A DNA stretch of 64,000 nucleotides from Azolla caroliniana (taxonomy: Eukaryota; Plantae; Polypodiophyta). Made by a program: the position numbers and the translations under genes. This document shows positions 20,363-37,000 of this stretch, one piece after another. Numbering within the stretch: position 1 is the first letter of the stretch; every line of letters starts with the position of its first letter. The stretch is taken from contig JBHGNT010000014.1 in the NCBI GenBank assembly GCA_043228905.1, forward strand, positions 62,001 to 126,000, read 5' to 3'. The notes below the pieces were generated by a model. That model worked only from the letters and a program-made list of their open reading frames with translations, did no database searches and had not been told where the DNA came from.

Positions 20363-20920
20363 TGTTAGGATCATAACTGGCCACAACCGATTTTGTGTGT
20401 AGTTATTTGGGCGCAAAGAACGAGTGAAATGATGAACAGACAAACCGAAAAAAAAATAGAGACAGAGAACACAAGATTCTAACGTGGAAAACCCGAATCG
20501 GGAAAAACCACATGGAATCCACAAACTCCAAAACTCATCACTATGGGGAGAGGAGTACAACAAGAGGATTCAAGGCAACAACCTTGAGTTCTTCCTTGTC
20601 AAGTGACGGCTAATGGAGTTACACTCTTTCACTCTCACCAGTTATAGAGGCCACTACCACTCTAACTATCTTACAACAATAATGATTCGCTCTATCTTCA
20701 TCATACCATAATGATTGCCCTAAGTGTATTTATATTCATACAACTTTTTGGCTATTTACACACATAGCCCACAAGGGGCACATTTAGACTATTTACAAAT
20801 ACAATCTCCTGAATTAGCTATAAAATCGATTTCGGTTTCAACCTCAACCGAGTTTCCCACTTACTCCACCTGATTCAGTTCGAACTCTTCTGCTCATCCA
20901 GAGGGACATGTTATCTAACA
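20363..20920 (-). repeat. Solo LTR (copia-type)
   Basis: TGTTAG...CTAACA termini and 5-bp TSD GTAAC on both sides (20358-20362, 20921-20925). On the minus strand it carries the GTGGTTTTTCCCG..GGGTTTTCCACG motif also present in the copia-1 LTR. Confidence 0.9.
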
Positions 20921-22904
20921 GTAACCGCACAGGCTCCCTATAAAAAGGGACATGGAAAGAAGTAAAAACTAATCAGTTGTATCAGTGTATGAAGTCTACG
21001 TCATGTAATAGAATATCTATTTTTTTATACTCTATCCATGTGTTGAGAGTTTTAATCCATGTTGAGCATTTGTAGTATGTTACCATGCATTGTATATCAC
21101 CAGTCGGCAATCCGTTGTACTCAGCTTGGTTTCAAGTCTCCACAATCTCTACAACTTGATTCGTTAGCTATGTAGGTTTTTGCACCTCAATGTATTATCA
21201 GTGTTTGCTTGGATAGAGAACTTGTACACGTTTTTGTCTCCCTACCACAAGACCCCGACCCGAGTCCATATCTGACATTGTGTTGCCCTAAGCGCAGAAC
21301 GAAACTAATGCAAAAGACAAAGGAACAGAACAACAAACACACTCCACAAAGCATAGAGCAAATAGAGATAATTGATACCTCAAAAGAAGCTAAGTAGATA
21401 AGACATGAGTAGGAGTAAGCTGAGCAAGAACCAGACCAAAAGAATACGAAGGAAATGCGAGCGCTAGACGAGAAACACAATATGCCTAGGACAGAGCAAG
21501 GTGTACAGCCGAAAGATCTATAGACAAAAATGTGTAGATAACGACAATGGTTTAGAGTCAACCTTGCAAGCCAAACAATTACAACGCAAGGAAAGTCATC
21601 AAGCCCTTGATGACGCTGACCAGAATGAAGATCAGAATGAAGAGGAGCCAAATATGTTGGACATTTTGATTTTGGATGAAGAGGAGGATGAGAATGAAGA
21701 TGAGGATGAGAATGAGGATGACGACTACTAGACACTAGTTTTTGTGGGTTTGACTGTGCAAGACACTGTCCCATGAGCGTGCCATGTATTAGCCGATCGG
21801 ATTGACCAAGCTAGTCAAAGTATATAGGTCAACAAACTAATATAATGAAAGTAAAAAATAGTTGTAGTAGTAGTAGTAGTCGTAGTCGTAGTCGTAACTG
21901 ACAACTGGGAAAGAAGATAATAAAAAATTATTAACGCCAAGAAGAAAAAATAGAACAATTAGTTGTAAGTGTAGATTCTTGCCAAATGGCAATTGTAAAA
22001 TCTTGGTAAAGCTTCTCAGACCACCTATAAACATGGGCTGAGAGCATTTTAACAACATTGATTATATTGTTATAAGTTCTTAACATAACTTTTGTTAGTT
22101 AGAGTATATCTTGTGCTTTAAACTACTATTTCGTGTCTTCAATTCCTCTTACTCAGAATACGCATAGCTAACAGTCGATCATACTTAGTATTTTTTATAA
22201 CAAGAGTGGTTAAGTAAGTAATTTGAATCTGTGTTATATGGTATTTAAGTAATCACTTAGCAGAGTTGACCGACTCCAATGACAATCTCCAACCACATCC
22301 CATTGACAAAACGACTCTATAAGTAAGTCATTCGACCCTTTCTGTTGGTCGATCAATGCAACAATCATAGACTGGTCAAAGATAAGAGCTTATGTAGCGA
22401 AGAAGGTATTGGATACATGGCACATTACCTGATTTGTAAAGTGTCAATGTCGAGATTTAGATGGGGGAGGGCATGCATTCATCATCTTCCATGCAAAAGG
22501 TATTTAGTTGGTGTGTGGTCGGTGGGCTGGTTGCCTTGGGCAATCTTGGGTTTCAAAACAAGGAAGAGCAGTTGTTTGGGGACGTTGCCCCAAGAAGAGA
22601 GAGGTTAGGTTTTGATGTCTATGTGGTATGGAATGGTATGTATGTGTTTCCGGGGGGGGGGGTTAGTTTAATATGCCCATGCTATGCCATATGTACATAT
22701 ATGTATGTAGATGGAGGGCTACTAATGAGGTAAAAGTGGATACATACAAACATATACATAGTTGAGTTGTGATATACCTAGAGGAAGGTCATCTTGGACC
22801 TTGGTTCAGTTCAATACAAACAAACATAAGAGCCGCCTCCGCCTGTTGTTGTTGTTGAGGAAGGATGGAAGGAAGAAAGAAGCATATCTATCTATCTATC
22901 TATC

Positions 22905-22937
<33 letters not shown>

Positions 22938-23076
22938 TAATGTATGTATGTACGTACGTACGTATGTACATATAAGAAGAGAAATGTTTTCGGTGGGAAG
23001 AAGATCTTTCTTCTTCTCCTCCTCCGTTTGTTATTTCCGACGACTTTTCCTTTTCTGAGAGGCAGCCGCAGCCGCC

Positions 23077-23112
23077 TTTCTTCTTCTTCTTCTTCTTCTT
23101 CTTCTTCTTCTT
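23077..23112. repeat. (CTT)n microsatellite in the RabE 5' leader region
   Basis: About 12 perfect CTT units upstream of the ATG. Confidence 0.9.
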
Positions 23113-23232
23113 CCTGAAAGCTCCAATGGCGGAGGGATCTCCATAGCTAAGCATCAATCAGACCAGATCCATTTTACTTCTCCCATTTCCACCACCATCC
23201 AAAGCAAGCAACCAAGCTTTGACGAACAGAAA

Positions 23233-25293
<2,061 letters not shown>

Positions 25294-28039
25294 GTGTTTA
25301 TGCTGATTCTCTCTCTATATATAATTCTGGCAGATTTTGATGTGTGAAAAGTGTATACCAAGGTTTCAAGTATTTGGATTGGGGTATGCCGGCAGATTTG
25401 GTGTGGGGCCTTAAGATAGAACTCTGAATGCATCTCTCTATCTGCTCTGGTGGCAAAGGTCATGCTCTTACTATTGTTATTATTTATAGCCAGTTCATCA
25501 TTTTTACATGGGAGTGGGGCTGTTTGCTTCAAATGCAAGACCGATGTTTCTATTTTTTGTTTCCTGCCTTTGTTGAGAGCATCCGAGTGCTCCTTTTTTG
25601 TGACTTACACTATAACGCCAAGTTATGATTATGCTTCAGGAGTGGCTATCCTTGAGCTTCTCAGATGTGAGAGATCATGGGTTTGGTTTCATGTCTGAAT
25701 TAGAATTCTTTATATGCCGTATTTCATATATTTATATATATACATACATATTTATGTGAACATCCAATAATGTGGGAGAGCCAATGGAGCCTTTGCATAA
25801 TATTCATGTATATGCCCATTGGTTACGTCAATAATGCCTGGGCTTGATTTCTCTTTGATTGAATGGTAAATCATGCTGGCATATGTTTTTGTGCCAAAAT
25901 GTTTGAACAATGAGTGTACCACCGGCATGATTATTATGCCTTTGATGTTTCATTGCACAAAAAATGCTGCTGGTAACAGGAGGCAAAGAAACCCAGAGCT
26001 TTTTTATTAGTTTAGAGAAAATGAAAGTGCTGTAATAATGATTCTGATTCTTAATTATGAGTTTTTTGCTTTCCTTTATGATACAGGAGGCCATATGTAT
26101 CATATTATATGCTAATTTTGCTGAAGCTGTCAAGCTTCTTGAAAAAGGAGATTTGTCTTGATTTCGTTTCTAGAGAAAATTTGGGATTATTAGGGAACTT
26201 ACATATGAAGATGAGAATGAAGCACTAGGTAGAATTCTGAAATTAGAAATTTGTGTGAGCACTGAATTCCTCCCCTGCTTCAAATCGGTCTTAAAGCCTA
26301 TAAGCGTTATGCTATTTCTGCCTGATTCAGTATCTGTTGAGAAGTCTGATATGCTGTACATGCGAGTCTATGCGGCTGTGAATATTCAAAGATTACACAG
26401 CAATGGCTGGAAAGAGCACAAACAAGTTGAGAAAAAGTGATGAATGGACTCAAATTGAGCTGTTTTTTGTGTGCTAATGCTACATTATTGGTATAATTAG
26501 TTGATTAGTTAGCGACATAATACTTAATGGAGTCATCAATAACATGTTATTTCATTGCACATTATTTAGCTACCCTACACAGCTTGGATAATCATTAGCA
26601 CATATGTAATCTTGCCATAATCTAGTTTGAGATACATAGCACACCCCTTGTAAAAAATGGCTTTACTTTGTCAAGATTGCAATATTTTATCCAACTTCCC
26701 CTCCCCCCTCTCCTTCCTCGTAATGCTATATGTGGTTAGCAGTGATTCCAAAAGCGTATAGCCATAAAAGAGTTCTAAGAATTGAACTCCAAACAAATTT
26801 TGAAGTATAATGGCTCCTCAAGCCCACAATCAACACATTGGGCATACCATGTAACTAACAAACATTGGAAGGGGGTTAGTGACCAGAATCTAAGCATATG
26901 CAAGCTTTGATGCATTATGAGTAAGACCTTTAAAGACATGACATTATGCCTTTCCATTCATCAATGTATAGATAGATGGAAGCAAGCAACCATAAGGAGG
27001 CCAAAAACTTGACCCATGATGCCAAATCAACATCTCATCTTGTATGTGATGCCATTGCAAGAAGGGGGGAGGGGGCTTATTACTTTGTAGTAAAATGTCT
27101 CAAATGTGAAAATGATGCCCTTCTTGGTGAATGTTTGAGATCATATTTCTCGTGAATTACCTTAAACATTGAGCATGTTATAAGTAAGTGATATTCATCC
27201 TCCACTAAGGTTTCATTGCATACCTCATGTATCTTCATATTTGGGTGATGATGTTGTGATGCTACCTCAACATCTAGCTTGTGTGGGCGAGTTCAAAGAA
27301 ATGTTAAGGGTCTCCAAGAGCAAAGGCTCATGGGGGAAGTGAGATGCAATTGGATACATTTTGACATTTCTCCTTATATTGGAGGTAACTATTAGCAAAA
27401 AGTAATTGTCCAATTTTGACATTTTAGCATCTTGCCACTTCATCCCTAGTGCATCTAGGGAATCCATCCTCAAAGATGACATACTTCATAGCATGATGTG
27501 AATTGTCAATGTAAGAACATTTGTTTGGTTTGGTTTTTCTCTATTCATGCACAAAGTGAGGTAATGCCACCCCACACTTCCACTCAATAAAGAAGCACTT
27601 GGACCACCATGGGATAGAAAACCTAAAGGCATGAATCTCACTTCCCATCCTCGAATATCACTTTGGTTGAATCGATTCTTGTATACGTAATATGTAACCA
27701 TAGTCTACATCCAACCTGGTCAAGTCTAGACTCATAGCATAATACATTACCACCCATTTTTCCATGTATTGCCATCATTTAAAGTTTTATCCACGTTAAT
27801 GGGAGAGTTAGTTAGCCCACTGATTTGAAGCAAAATACACATCACATCATGTTGCATGATCTTCCATTCCATTACATATGTATGTATCATTGTATGTATC
27901 ATTGTATGTATGTATGTGTGTGTATGTATTACATAGTATGTATGTATGTATGTATGTATCATGTATGTATGTACATTGTACATATGTATGTTCTCAGGTG
28001 TAACCCAGCAGAAAGAAAGGAGAAGGCAGGAAGGAGGAG

Positions 28040-31000
28040 ATGAAGATCCGTCCTGTGCCCTGCTTGCAAGACAATTACGCCTACCTGTATGTATTCTCTC
28101 TCTCTCTCTCTCTCTCCCTAGGTAGGTAGGGTTTTCTGGTTTCTGTTCCTTCCTTTTTTTTGTCATTCACGCATGCGCAGGAAAGAAGAGAATACAAATT
28201 CTATGACCTGAAGAAATGGTAGGTATTGTTTGTTTGGTTGGGCATAAGAACGCCTCTTTTTACATACATACATGCATATTGTTATTGTATGTAATATATG
28301 TATGTATAGCCTGGTGGATGATTCATCAAAGGATGCAGCAGTGGTGAAATGGTAGGTATTGTTTGTTTGTTTGGGCATAAGAACGCCTCTTTTACATACA
28401 TACATGCATATTGTTGTTGTATGTAATATATGTATGTATAGCCTGGTGGATGATTCATCAAAGGATGCAGCAGTGGTGAAATGGTAGGTATTGTTTGTTT
28501 GGTTGGGCATAAGAACGCCTCTTTTTACATACATACATACATGCATATTGTTGTTGTATGTATGCATGTAATGCATGTGATGTATGTATGTATGTATAGC
28601 CTGGTGGATGATTCATCAAAAGATGCAGCAGTGGTGAAATGGTAGGTATTGTTTGTGTGTTTGAGCATAAGAACGCCTCTTTTTACATACATACATGCAT
28701 ATTGTTGTTGTATGTATGCATGTAATATATGTAATGTATGTATGTATGTATGTATAGCCTAGTGGATGATTCATCAAAGGATGCAGCAGTGGTGGACCCT
28801 GTGGAACCTGAGCGCCTTCTCCAGGAGGCTCAAGCACACGGAGCATCTATCAAGTTTGTTCTCACCACGCATCGCCATTGGTACGCATCTCTATAAAGTT
28901 TGTTCTGGATGAATGAATTGACTGACTGAATGAATGCAAGAAGATATGAGATAGATAATGCCCAGATTTCTTTATTATCCCCCTCCAGGTTCCCATGGAA
29001 CCAAAATGAATCTTCATTTTCCACTGACAGAAAGAAAGATGCATATATTATGTATAGACTTGATCTATGGGACAAATCTGACATATCCACCACATTTGCA
29101 TTATCTCCTCTGGTCACAGAATATGCAGCTCAGGTGGATATTATGACCCTCTGAAACTAATAGGTAAGCCCAGCCCCCATGGCCCTTCCCATATTCTCTA
29201 ACGCTCCATGATATATGAAAGGGTAGGATCTCTCAACAATAGACCCTGGTATCTGCATCTACCAGCAAAATACTCCTTATCCGTCACCTCCAAGGTGCTT
29301 ATATGATAGATCCCCTCCACTCTTTTGATGCCTCTAACTCGACCCATCTCAATCTCTAGCTGTTGTAGTATACTCTTTGGTGACCTAGCTCTATTCGTGA
29401 GCTTTGGTGTATGTATATGTGTCCATGTATCAAAATCACTGAATGATAGATACCATTGTGCTAGGATTGCCATGAACTGGTTTTGAAACTACATCTTGAG
29501 AGGAAAGGGTTTTCTAATTGTGCTGCAGGTCTCTCTTATGTAAATCTGGCATATATAATATCTGAGCGCTGTATTTCTCCCCCTGCTTGAAATCAGTCTT
29601 CAGCTCGTGAATGGTGAGTGACATGCCTTACTCCTGCCTGACTCAGATCTGTTGGAATGCCTAATATATTGTACACACGAGTCTATCTGGTGTGGATATC
29701 CAAAGATTACAGCAAGGGCTGAAAAGAGCACAAATAAAGTCAAGAAAGAAGCAAAGTTTTGTTTTTGCTTATTGGCAAAAGGATGCAAGAGAAATAATTG
29801 CGCCAATATTAGACATGCCTAAATAAATACAAAAGGAAAGAAGCAAAAGGTGGTGTAGCAAACTCTGCTTTGATAATGCCTCACGGTGCCGATGCCTTTC
29901 TATGTATGAGGCCTGATATTCTACATATCTATGGTCTTTGTCTGTGTATTAGGTGTGAGATTCTAAATGTCTATGGTCTCAAGAGATGTACTTGAACCAA
30001 CTACATCATGTGATTCGTTTCACATCCAGTTTCATCCAGTTGGCACTTGTTTGTACCAACCCCATCAAGCACTGCTCTTGTACCAACTGCTGCATCTGGT
30101 TCATTTCAGGTTTTGGGTTTCATATTTTACATGGCATCATCCGTTGTTAAACTACTGCATCATCCGATTAGCCTTTTCTCCACTTGCCTGTATTCTCTTA
30201 CTTGAATGATCTGTAGTAACTTCTTAATCTGCTCAGATCCTAAGACCTTCATGAAGTGATCCACACAATTTGCCTCTGAAGGACATTACTCCACCCTCCT
30301 GTCAATTTCTTTACAAACATGTGATTTCAGTTGGTCAGTTATTTCTAGTTCATGGGTTAAATGGAATGATAATGCATAGGGGTGATGTTTATGACGAGAG
30401 AGAGCAAGAGAGAGCAAGAAGGAAAGAAAGTTGGGACATTTAACAGGGATCACGCAGGAGGGAATGAGAAGATAAAGAAGCTGATACCTGGCATAAAAGT
30501 CTATGGAAGCTTAGAAGACAATGTTGAAGGTCAGACAGATGTGTTAGGAGATGGAGATGAAGTATCTTTGGGAGACTCGATAACAATCAAGGCTATCCAC
30601 ACACCCTGGTTTGCCTACTTTACTGTTGCAGTCTCTTGAAATTCTATGTGATAATGTTTTTTGTTGTCAGTCTATGTGAACTTAATCCAAGGACTCATAT
30701 CAAGCAGACACTCATAGTTGGTCAACTGCATAAAGTTTCTCATATTCAAGACACATAACAGTAAGATGGCCTTTTTGCATTTGTGGAGTATAAGTCAATC
30801 TTCTTGGATATATGGCTCATGAAATTTGTCAATGGACATCATGGAGGATAATGAATCTAGAGTTTCATCAACAATATGTGGAAATATAATATCAATTTGT
30901 GTAAGCTTGTTGTCACTGGGAACACCAATTTGAGTATTGTCCAACGATAGAAACATGTGCAGAAGTCTCTTGTTGTAGCAATTAAAAATATTCCCAAAGA

Positions 31001-34000
31001 AGCTTTTTATCCCCTCCAAAGTCTTGGTGTATTATTCACTAATCCAAATACAAAGTCCTAAGGGATGTTCAGCCCTCCGTCTTCTGGTGTATTCCTCGTT
31101 GATCCCTAGCCGTGAATGGGGTCGTGTCCATCCCAAAGTTGCATTTCTATTTTTGGAATTGCCTTAATTCTTTGATGGCTTCCAATCACGCAAAGCTGCC
31201 ATCAAGACTGTTAGATATAATCAATGATCAGCCCCAAGTTGTAAATCTATCCCCATATGTGCTCTTAGAGTGCACATTTTGTGATAGCGCCCCAAATGAG
31301 GAGCGGCTAGTGTGCAACTCGACCATATGGGTCGATAAGGTGTTAATCTAGGAAACCGTAGATGCGTAGGACACAATATATTTAGGAAAGAGAGAAATAG
31401 ATAAAAGGATTGGCTAATCAAGTCAGCTAGAATATTTTGTGGGCAAGTTACGATGTACTTAGTCTTGAAGTATGCGTCATTGACTTCAAGATAAGTATTA
31501 TCTAGCACTAGCCTGTACCTAGGGAGTTGGGTCATATTAAATGACAAGTCAGTTGACAGAAAAGGAATATCTCCACTACTGTCAACTGACTTGCACATTT
31601 ATACTAAGACCAAACATAGATTATAAGTCACTTTTCTCACACAGTGGTCAGATTGATCATCAGTCCCCACTAATTTTGTAGTGAGCCGGTCCATATCCTA
31701 TCTAAGCTCTAAGGTGTGAGCGCATGGGAAAACTACCATTTTGAACTACTCTCATATGTAATAGAAATTCTGTTTTCATATATCCATCTCTGCAGTTGTA
31801 ACTCTATATACCTATCTACTCGATTCTCAATATTTCTAATTTGGTATCAGAGCGAAGAGGTTGATCTAGATTAGGTATATACGGGTAGTTGCTGTCTAGC
31901 AACAGAGAGAAATAGAGAGAGAGAGAGAGAGACAGAGTATCAATGGCCTTGTCCACGAATGTTGCAGCTGCTCCATTGCGCATTCGCCCACCTCCATTGT
32001 CTGATGGAAAGCTAGATGGAACCAACTACACTCTATGGAAGTTCAAAATGTCTGCCATTTTGGATTCCTACGAGTTGTTGGAAACAATCATGGGACCCAC
32101 AGGGGGAGACCCTGAGCCCATGGCAACCTTTGACCCTGCACACCCTACCACATCAATTCCTCCAAATGCTGATCTACTTCGAGCCTGGAAGAGAAGGAAT
32201 GCTGATGCGCTATGTACCATAGTCACTGGTGTATGTGACTCTGTACTAACACTAGTGCAACATACAACTAGGGCACATGAAGCTTGGAGCATATTGGCCA
32301 GCCAGTATGAGACCAGAAACTATACAAGGATACAAAACCTCGAAAATCAGCTTGCTGCAGAGAAGCTCGCTGATGGAGAGAAAGTAGAATCCTTTGTAAA
32401 AAGGATTAAGGATCTTCAAGATCAGCTGACGGCTGTTGGAGTAGTCGTCTCTCAAGAGGATATGGCTCGTCGGTGCATTCGAGTACTTCCTTTCAAGTAT
32501 GATGGCATTGTGACAGCATTGAACACTCAGGTTCGACCCACTCCTTTAAAATTTGATGAACTAAGTGCAATGCTGCTTGAAGAGGAGCTTCGGCTGAAGA
32601 CAAGAGAAGAAAGGGAAGATTCAGCATTTGTCTCTAGGACTAAGGGTGAAGGGGCATCCAATTCAAACAATGCGAATAGGATACCGAAGAAGAAGAAGTT
32701 CAATGGATTGTGTTTCTATTGTGACAAGAAGGGTCACACAATCAAGGATTGTCGAAAGAAGATGGCGGATGAGAAGAATGGTTCTAATAAGACTTCTTGG
32801 AGAGAGCCCGAGTCCGCTAACAATGTCGTAGATGAACTAGAGTTATGGGTCGCAACTGAAGAAGTGTGTTCTTCAGTTGACACTCAAGTTGTTGATGAGT
32901 CTTGGATTCTCGATAGTGGAGCATCCCGACATATGACCAGTAATCGTGACTGGTACAGTTCTTGGACACCTCTACAAGAGCCCATCAATGTTGTGGTCGG
33001 AAACAATGCTCGATGTCCGGCCAAAGGAACCGGAACCGTCTCCCTCAAAGCAACGACCGGTGGGACAAAGCATCTCTCTCAAGTGTTGTACGTGCCAGAT
33101 CTGAAGAAGAATCTACTGTCCATTTCTGCACTGACTGACAAGGGTCTTGATGTTCGATTCAAGAAGTCGGGTGCAGAAATAACAGATTCTGCTGGCAAGG
33201 TTGTAGGAATAGGGGTGAGGCGCAACAATCTCTATGAGCTGAGCGCGTTTACCATTTCTACTGACCACAGCACAAGTACCAACACAAAGCAATGGCATGA
33301 GAGATTTGGGCATCTCAACGTTGCTGTGTTGAAGGAGATGAAGAAGTCGAATATGGTAGTTGGGTTGCCAACCCTATCTGACTTAAGTCATGTTTGTGAT
33401 GCTTGTATGATGGGCAAGCATCAAAGATCAGCCATTCCAAAAGAGAGTCAAAATCGGGCAAAGACTCCTCTACAGCTAATACACATTGACCTCTCTGGAA
33501 AAATGGTGACTCCTGCAATGGGTGGATCTCTCTACTATATGCTAATAGTCGACGACTTCAGCAGAAAGATGTGGGTTTACTTCCTTCGGGAGAAGGCTGA
33601 AGCTTTTAAAATCTTCAAAAGATGGCATAAGTTTGTCGAGCGAGAGTCTGGAAAGTTAGTGAAGGAGCTACGCTCTGATCGAGGTGGAGAATTCTTATCA
33701 ATAGAATTCTGTGAGTATTGCAAAGAGCATGGAATTAAGCGCCAACTTACAACTGCCTACACCCCACAACAAAATGGCGTTGTCGAACGTCGAAATCGAA
33801 CAGTTGTCGAGATGGCTAGGTGTATGTTGAAGGCACAAGCGCTGCCCGACCCATTCTGGGCTGAAGCAGTGAACACAGCAGTTTACATCCTCAATCGGAG
33901 CTACACGAAGGCACTTCAAGGGAAAACACCCCAAGAAGCTTATTCAGGCAAGAAACCTTCAGTGCTGCACTTCAGAACCTTTGGGTGTATGTGCTACGCA

Positions 34001-37000
34001 CATATTCCAGATGTGAGCAGAAAGAAGTTGGATGCTAAAAGCAAAAAGTGTATCTTTCTCGGATATAGTGAAGAGTCAAAGGCCTATCGACTCTACGATC
34101 CAGAGGCAAGAAAGATATTGACAAGCCGCGATGTGGTGTTCGATGAGGAACAACCACAGCTAGCTGAGAACAACGATTCTCAAGTTATCTCATCAACTGA
34201 AGAAGTATTTTACCCAATCCCGACCCATTATCCAAAAAAGGAAGCTGAACCATCTGATGGTAATGGTTCACTAGTTCAGCCTATGCCAGTCCCACATGTA
34301 AAGAAAATACCTAAGTGGGCTCAGCAACTCTTCAATGATCATACTCCTAAAGTTGAGTTTCCTGAAACTTCAACTGATGGATTACGAAGATCAAGAAGAA
34401 TACAGGAGCAAGGAAGAACCTCTGACCACATTGTCAACATGGCTCTGATGGTGGACATCATAGGCTCAGTGAGTGAGCCGACCTCGGTGGAGGAAGCTAT
34501 GGCCGACCCGAAGTGGAAAGAGGCGATGATATCAGAATATGATAGCATCATGAAAAATGACACATGGGAGTTGGTAGAGAGGCCAACAAAGAAGAAGGTG
34601 ATAGGCACGAAGTGGGTATGGAAAGTAAAGTATAAAGCTGATGGCTCTTTGGAGAAATTCAAGGCCAGGCTAGTAGCGCAAGGATACTCCCAAATTGAAG
34701 GGTTCGATGTACAAGAAACATTTGCCCCGACAGCTTGCATGACAACAATTCGAATGGTCATAGCGTTGGCTGCTTCAAGAGGATGGCCGATTTATCAAAT
34801 GGATGTCAAATCAGCATTTCTGAATGGGCATCTCAAGGAGGAGGTATATGTGACACAACCACCGGGGTTTGAGATACCGAATTCAGAAAACAAAGTTTGC
34901 AAGCTGAAGAAGGCACTATATGGTCTAAAGCAAGCACCAAGAGCTTGGAACAAGAGGATAGACAGCTTCTTACGATCAATCGACTTTAAGCAATGTGCTT
35001 CGGATGCAAGTATGTATGTCAAAATGAAGGACGGGAAACAAGTCATCATTATCATTTACGTGGATGATCTAGTACTTATTGGTGACCATGAAGAGTGCAT
35101 TGGCCAAACACAAGAGTGTTTGAAAACTGAGTTTGAAATGACAGACTTGGGGATTCTACACTACTTCCTTGGAATTGAGGTTTGGCAAACCTCGGTCGGC
35201 ATCTTCATGTCACAAAGAAAGTATGCAACAGAGATCTTGAAGACCTTCGGGATGATGGACAGCAAGTCGAAGTCGACTCCAATGGAGTCAAACTGCAAGC
35301 TATCCCAAGAAGACTCATCACCAATGGTTGACATAAGGAAGTATAGACAACTAGTAGGAAGTCTAATTTTCCTATGCAACACTAGGCCGGATATTTGTTT
35401 TGCAGTCAATGTGGTGAGTCGATTCAGCAACAAGCCGAAGGAGACTCATTGGAAAGCTGCTCTACGTGTATTAAAGTACATTGTGGGTACTTTAAATTAT
35501 GGAATCTTCTACAAGCCAACAATTGACCAACTTAGTGGATATTGCGACTCCGATTGGGCTGGAGATAGTGATTCCAGAAAATCAGTTTCTGGATATTGTT
35601 TTTCAATAGGATCTGGAGCTGTTTCATGGAGTAGTAAAAAACAACCAACAGTGGCACTATCTTCAACGGAGGCAGAATACAAAGCAGCATGCATAGCGGC
35701 ATGCGAGGTAGTTTGGCTAAGAAGAATCCTTATGGATGTGGCAGTCCCAATAAGGACGGCAACGGTATTGAGGTGTGACAATCAGAGTTGCATGGCCATT
35801 GCCAAGAACCCCGTATTTCATGCACGTACTAAACACATAGAGATTCAGTATCACTATGTGCGGGAGCTAATAAATGATGAGATTGTGGAGCTTGAGTACT
35901 GTCCAACATCAGAAAATGCTGCAGATATCTTCACAAAGGCGCTTGGAGTAGAACAGTTGCAACAACACCTTCGACGACTAGGTGTTGGCCCAATTCCAAG
36001 TGAACTCAATGGGTTGATCATTGAGGGGGCGTGTTAGATATAATCAATGATCAGCCCCAAGTTGTAAATCTATCCCCATATGTGCTCTTAGAGTGCACAT
36101 TTTGTGATAGCGCCCCAAATGAGGAGCGGCTAGTGTGCAACTCGACCATATGGGTCGATAAGGTGTTAATCTAGGAAACCGTAGATGCGTAGGACACAAT
36201 ATATTTAGGAAAGAGAGAAATAGATAAAAGGATTGGCTAATCAAGTCAGCTAGAATATTTTGTGGGCAAGTTACGATGTACTTAGTCTTGAAGTATGCGT
36301 CATTGACTTCAAGATAAGTATTATCTAGCACTAGCCTGTACCTAGGGAGTTGGGTCATATTAAATGACAAGTCAGTTGACAGAAAAGGAATATCTCCACT
36401 ACTGTCAACTGACTTGCACATTTATACTAAGACCAAACATAGATTATAAGTCACTTTTCTCACACAGTGGTCAGATTGATCATCAGTCCCCACTAATTTT
36501 GTAGTGAGCCGGTCCATATCCTATCTAAGCTCTAAGGTGTGAGCGCATGGGAAAACTACCATTTTGAACTACTCTCATATGTAATAGAAATTCTGTTTTC
36601 ATATATCCATCTCTGCAGTTGTAACTCTATATACCTATCTACTCGATTCTCAATATTTCTAATTAGACTGCATCCTGACATTCTATGTCTTCATTTTGTA
36701 GTGAGCTGTCTGCAGCTATTCTCCCAATGTTTCGAATTCCCTGTTTGAATCCGTAAATTCTTCTTCCTGGTGTATTGTTTGGCGATCCATCAGGTCCTAA
36801 ATGAGGTTCGGCCATGGCTTCTTGATGTCTGCTGATCCCTAGCTTTGAATCGAGTCTTATCCATCCCAAAGTTCCATTGCTACTTTTGGAATTGCCTTAA
36901 TTGTTTGATTGCTTCTCATCATAGGGAGCTGCCTCCAATTCTGTATCGTGACTTGCAACATCTTCATTTTGTAGTGAGCTGTCTGCAGCTATCCGACAGA

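Noticed and set aside
21200-21800. Acidic DEEEDENEDEDEN ORF fragments
   Set aside because: Short and stop-interrupted; probably transposon debris that cannot be assigned.
28213-28794. Repeat-spacer pattern resembling CRISPR (also 53860-54200)
   Set aside because: The spacers are themselves repeated, the context is eukaryotic, and there are no cas genes.
28864-28880. THRHWDH instead of THHHWDH in glyoxalase II
   Set aside because: The change is at the variable x position of THxHxDH; the metal ligands are retained.
31221-31598. 125-aa antisense ORF duplicated at 36044-36421
   Set aside because: It lies within the identical LTRs of copia-2; no recognisable domain.
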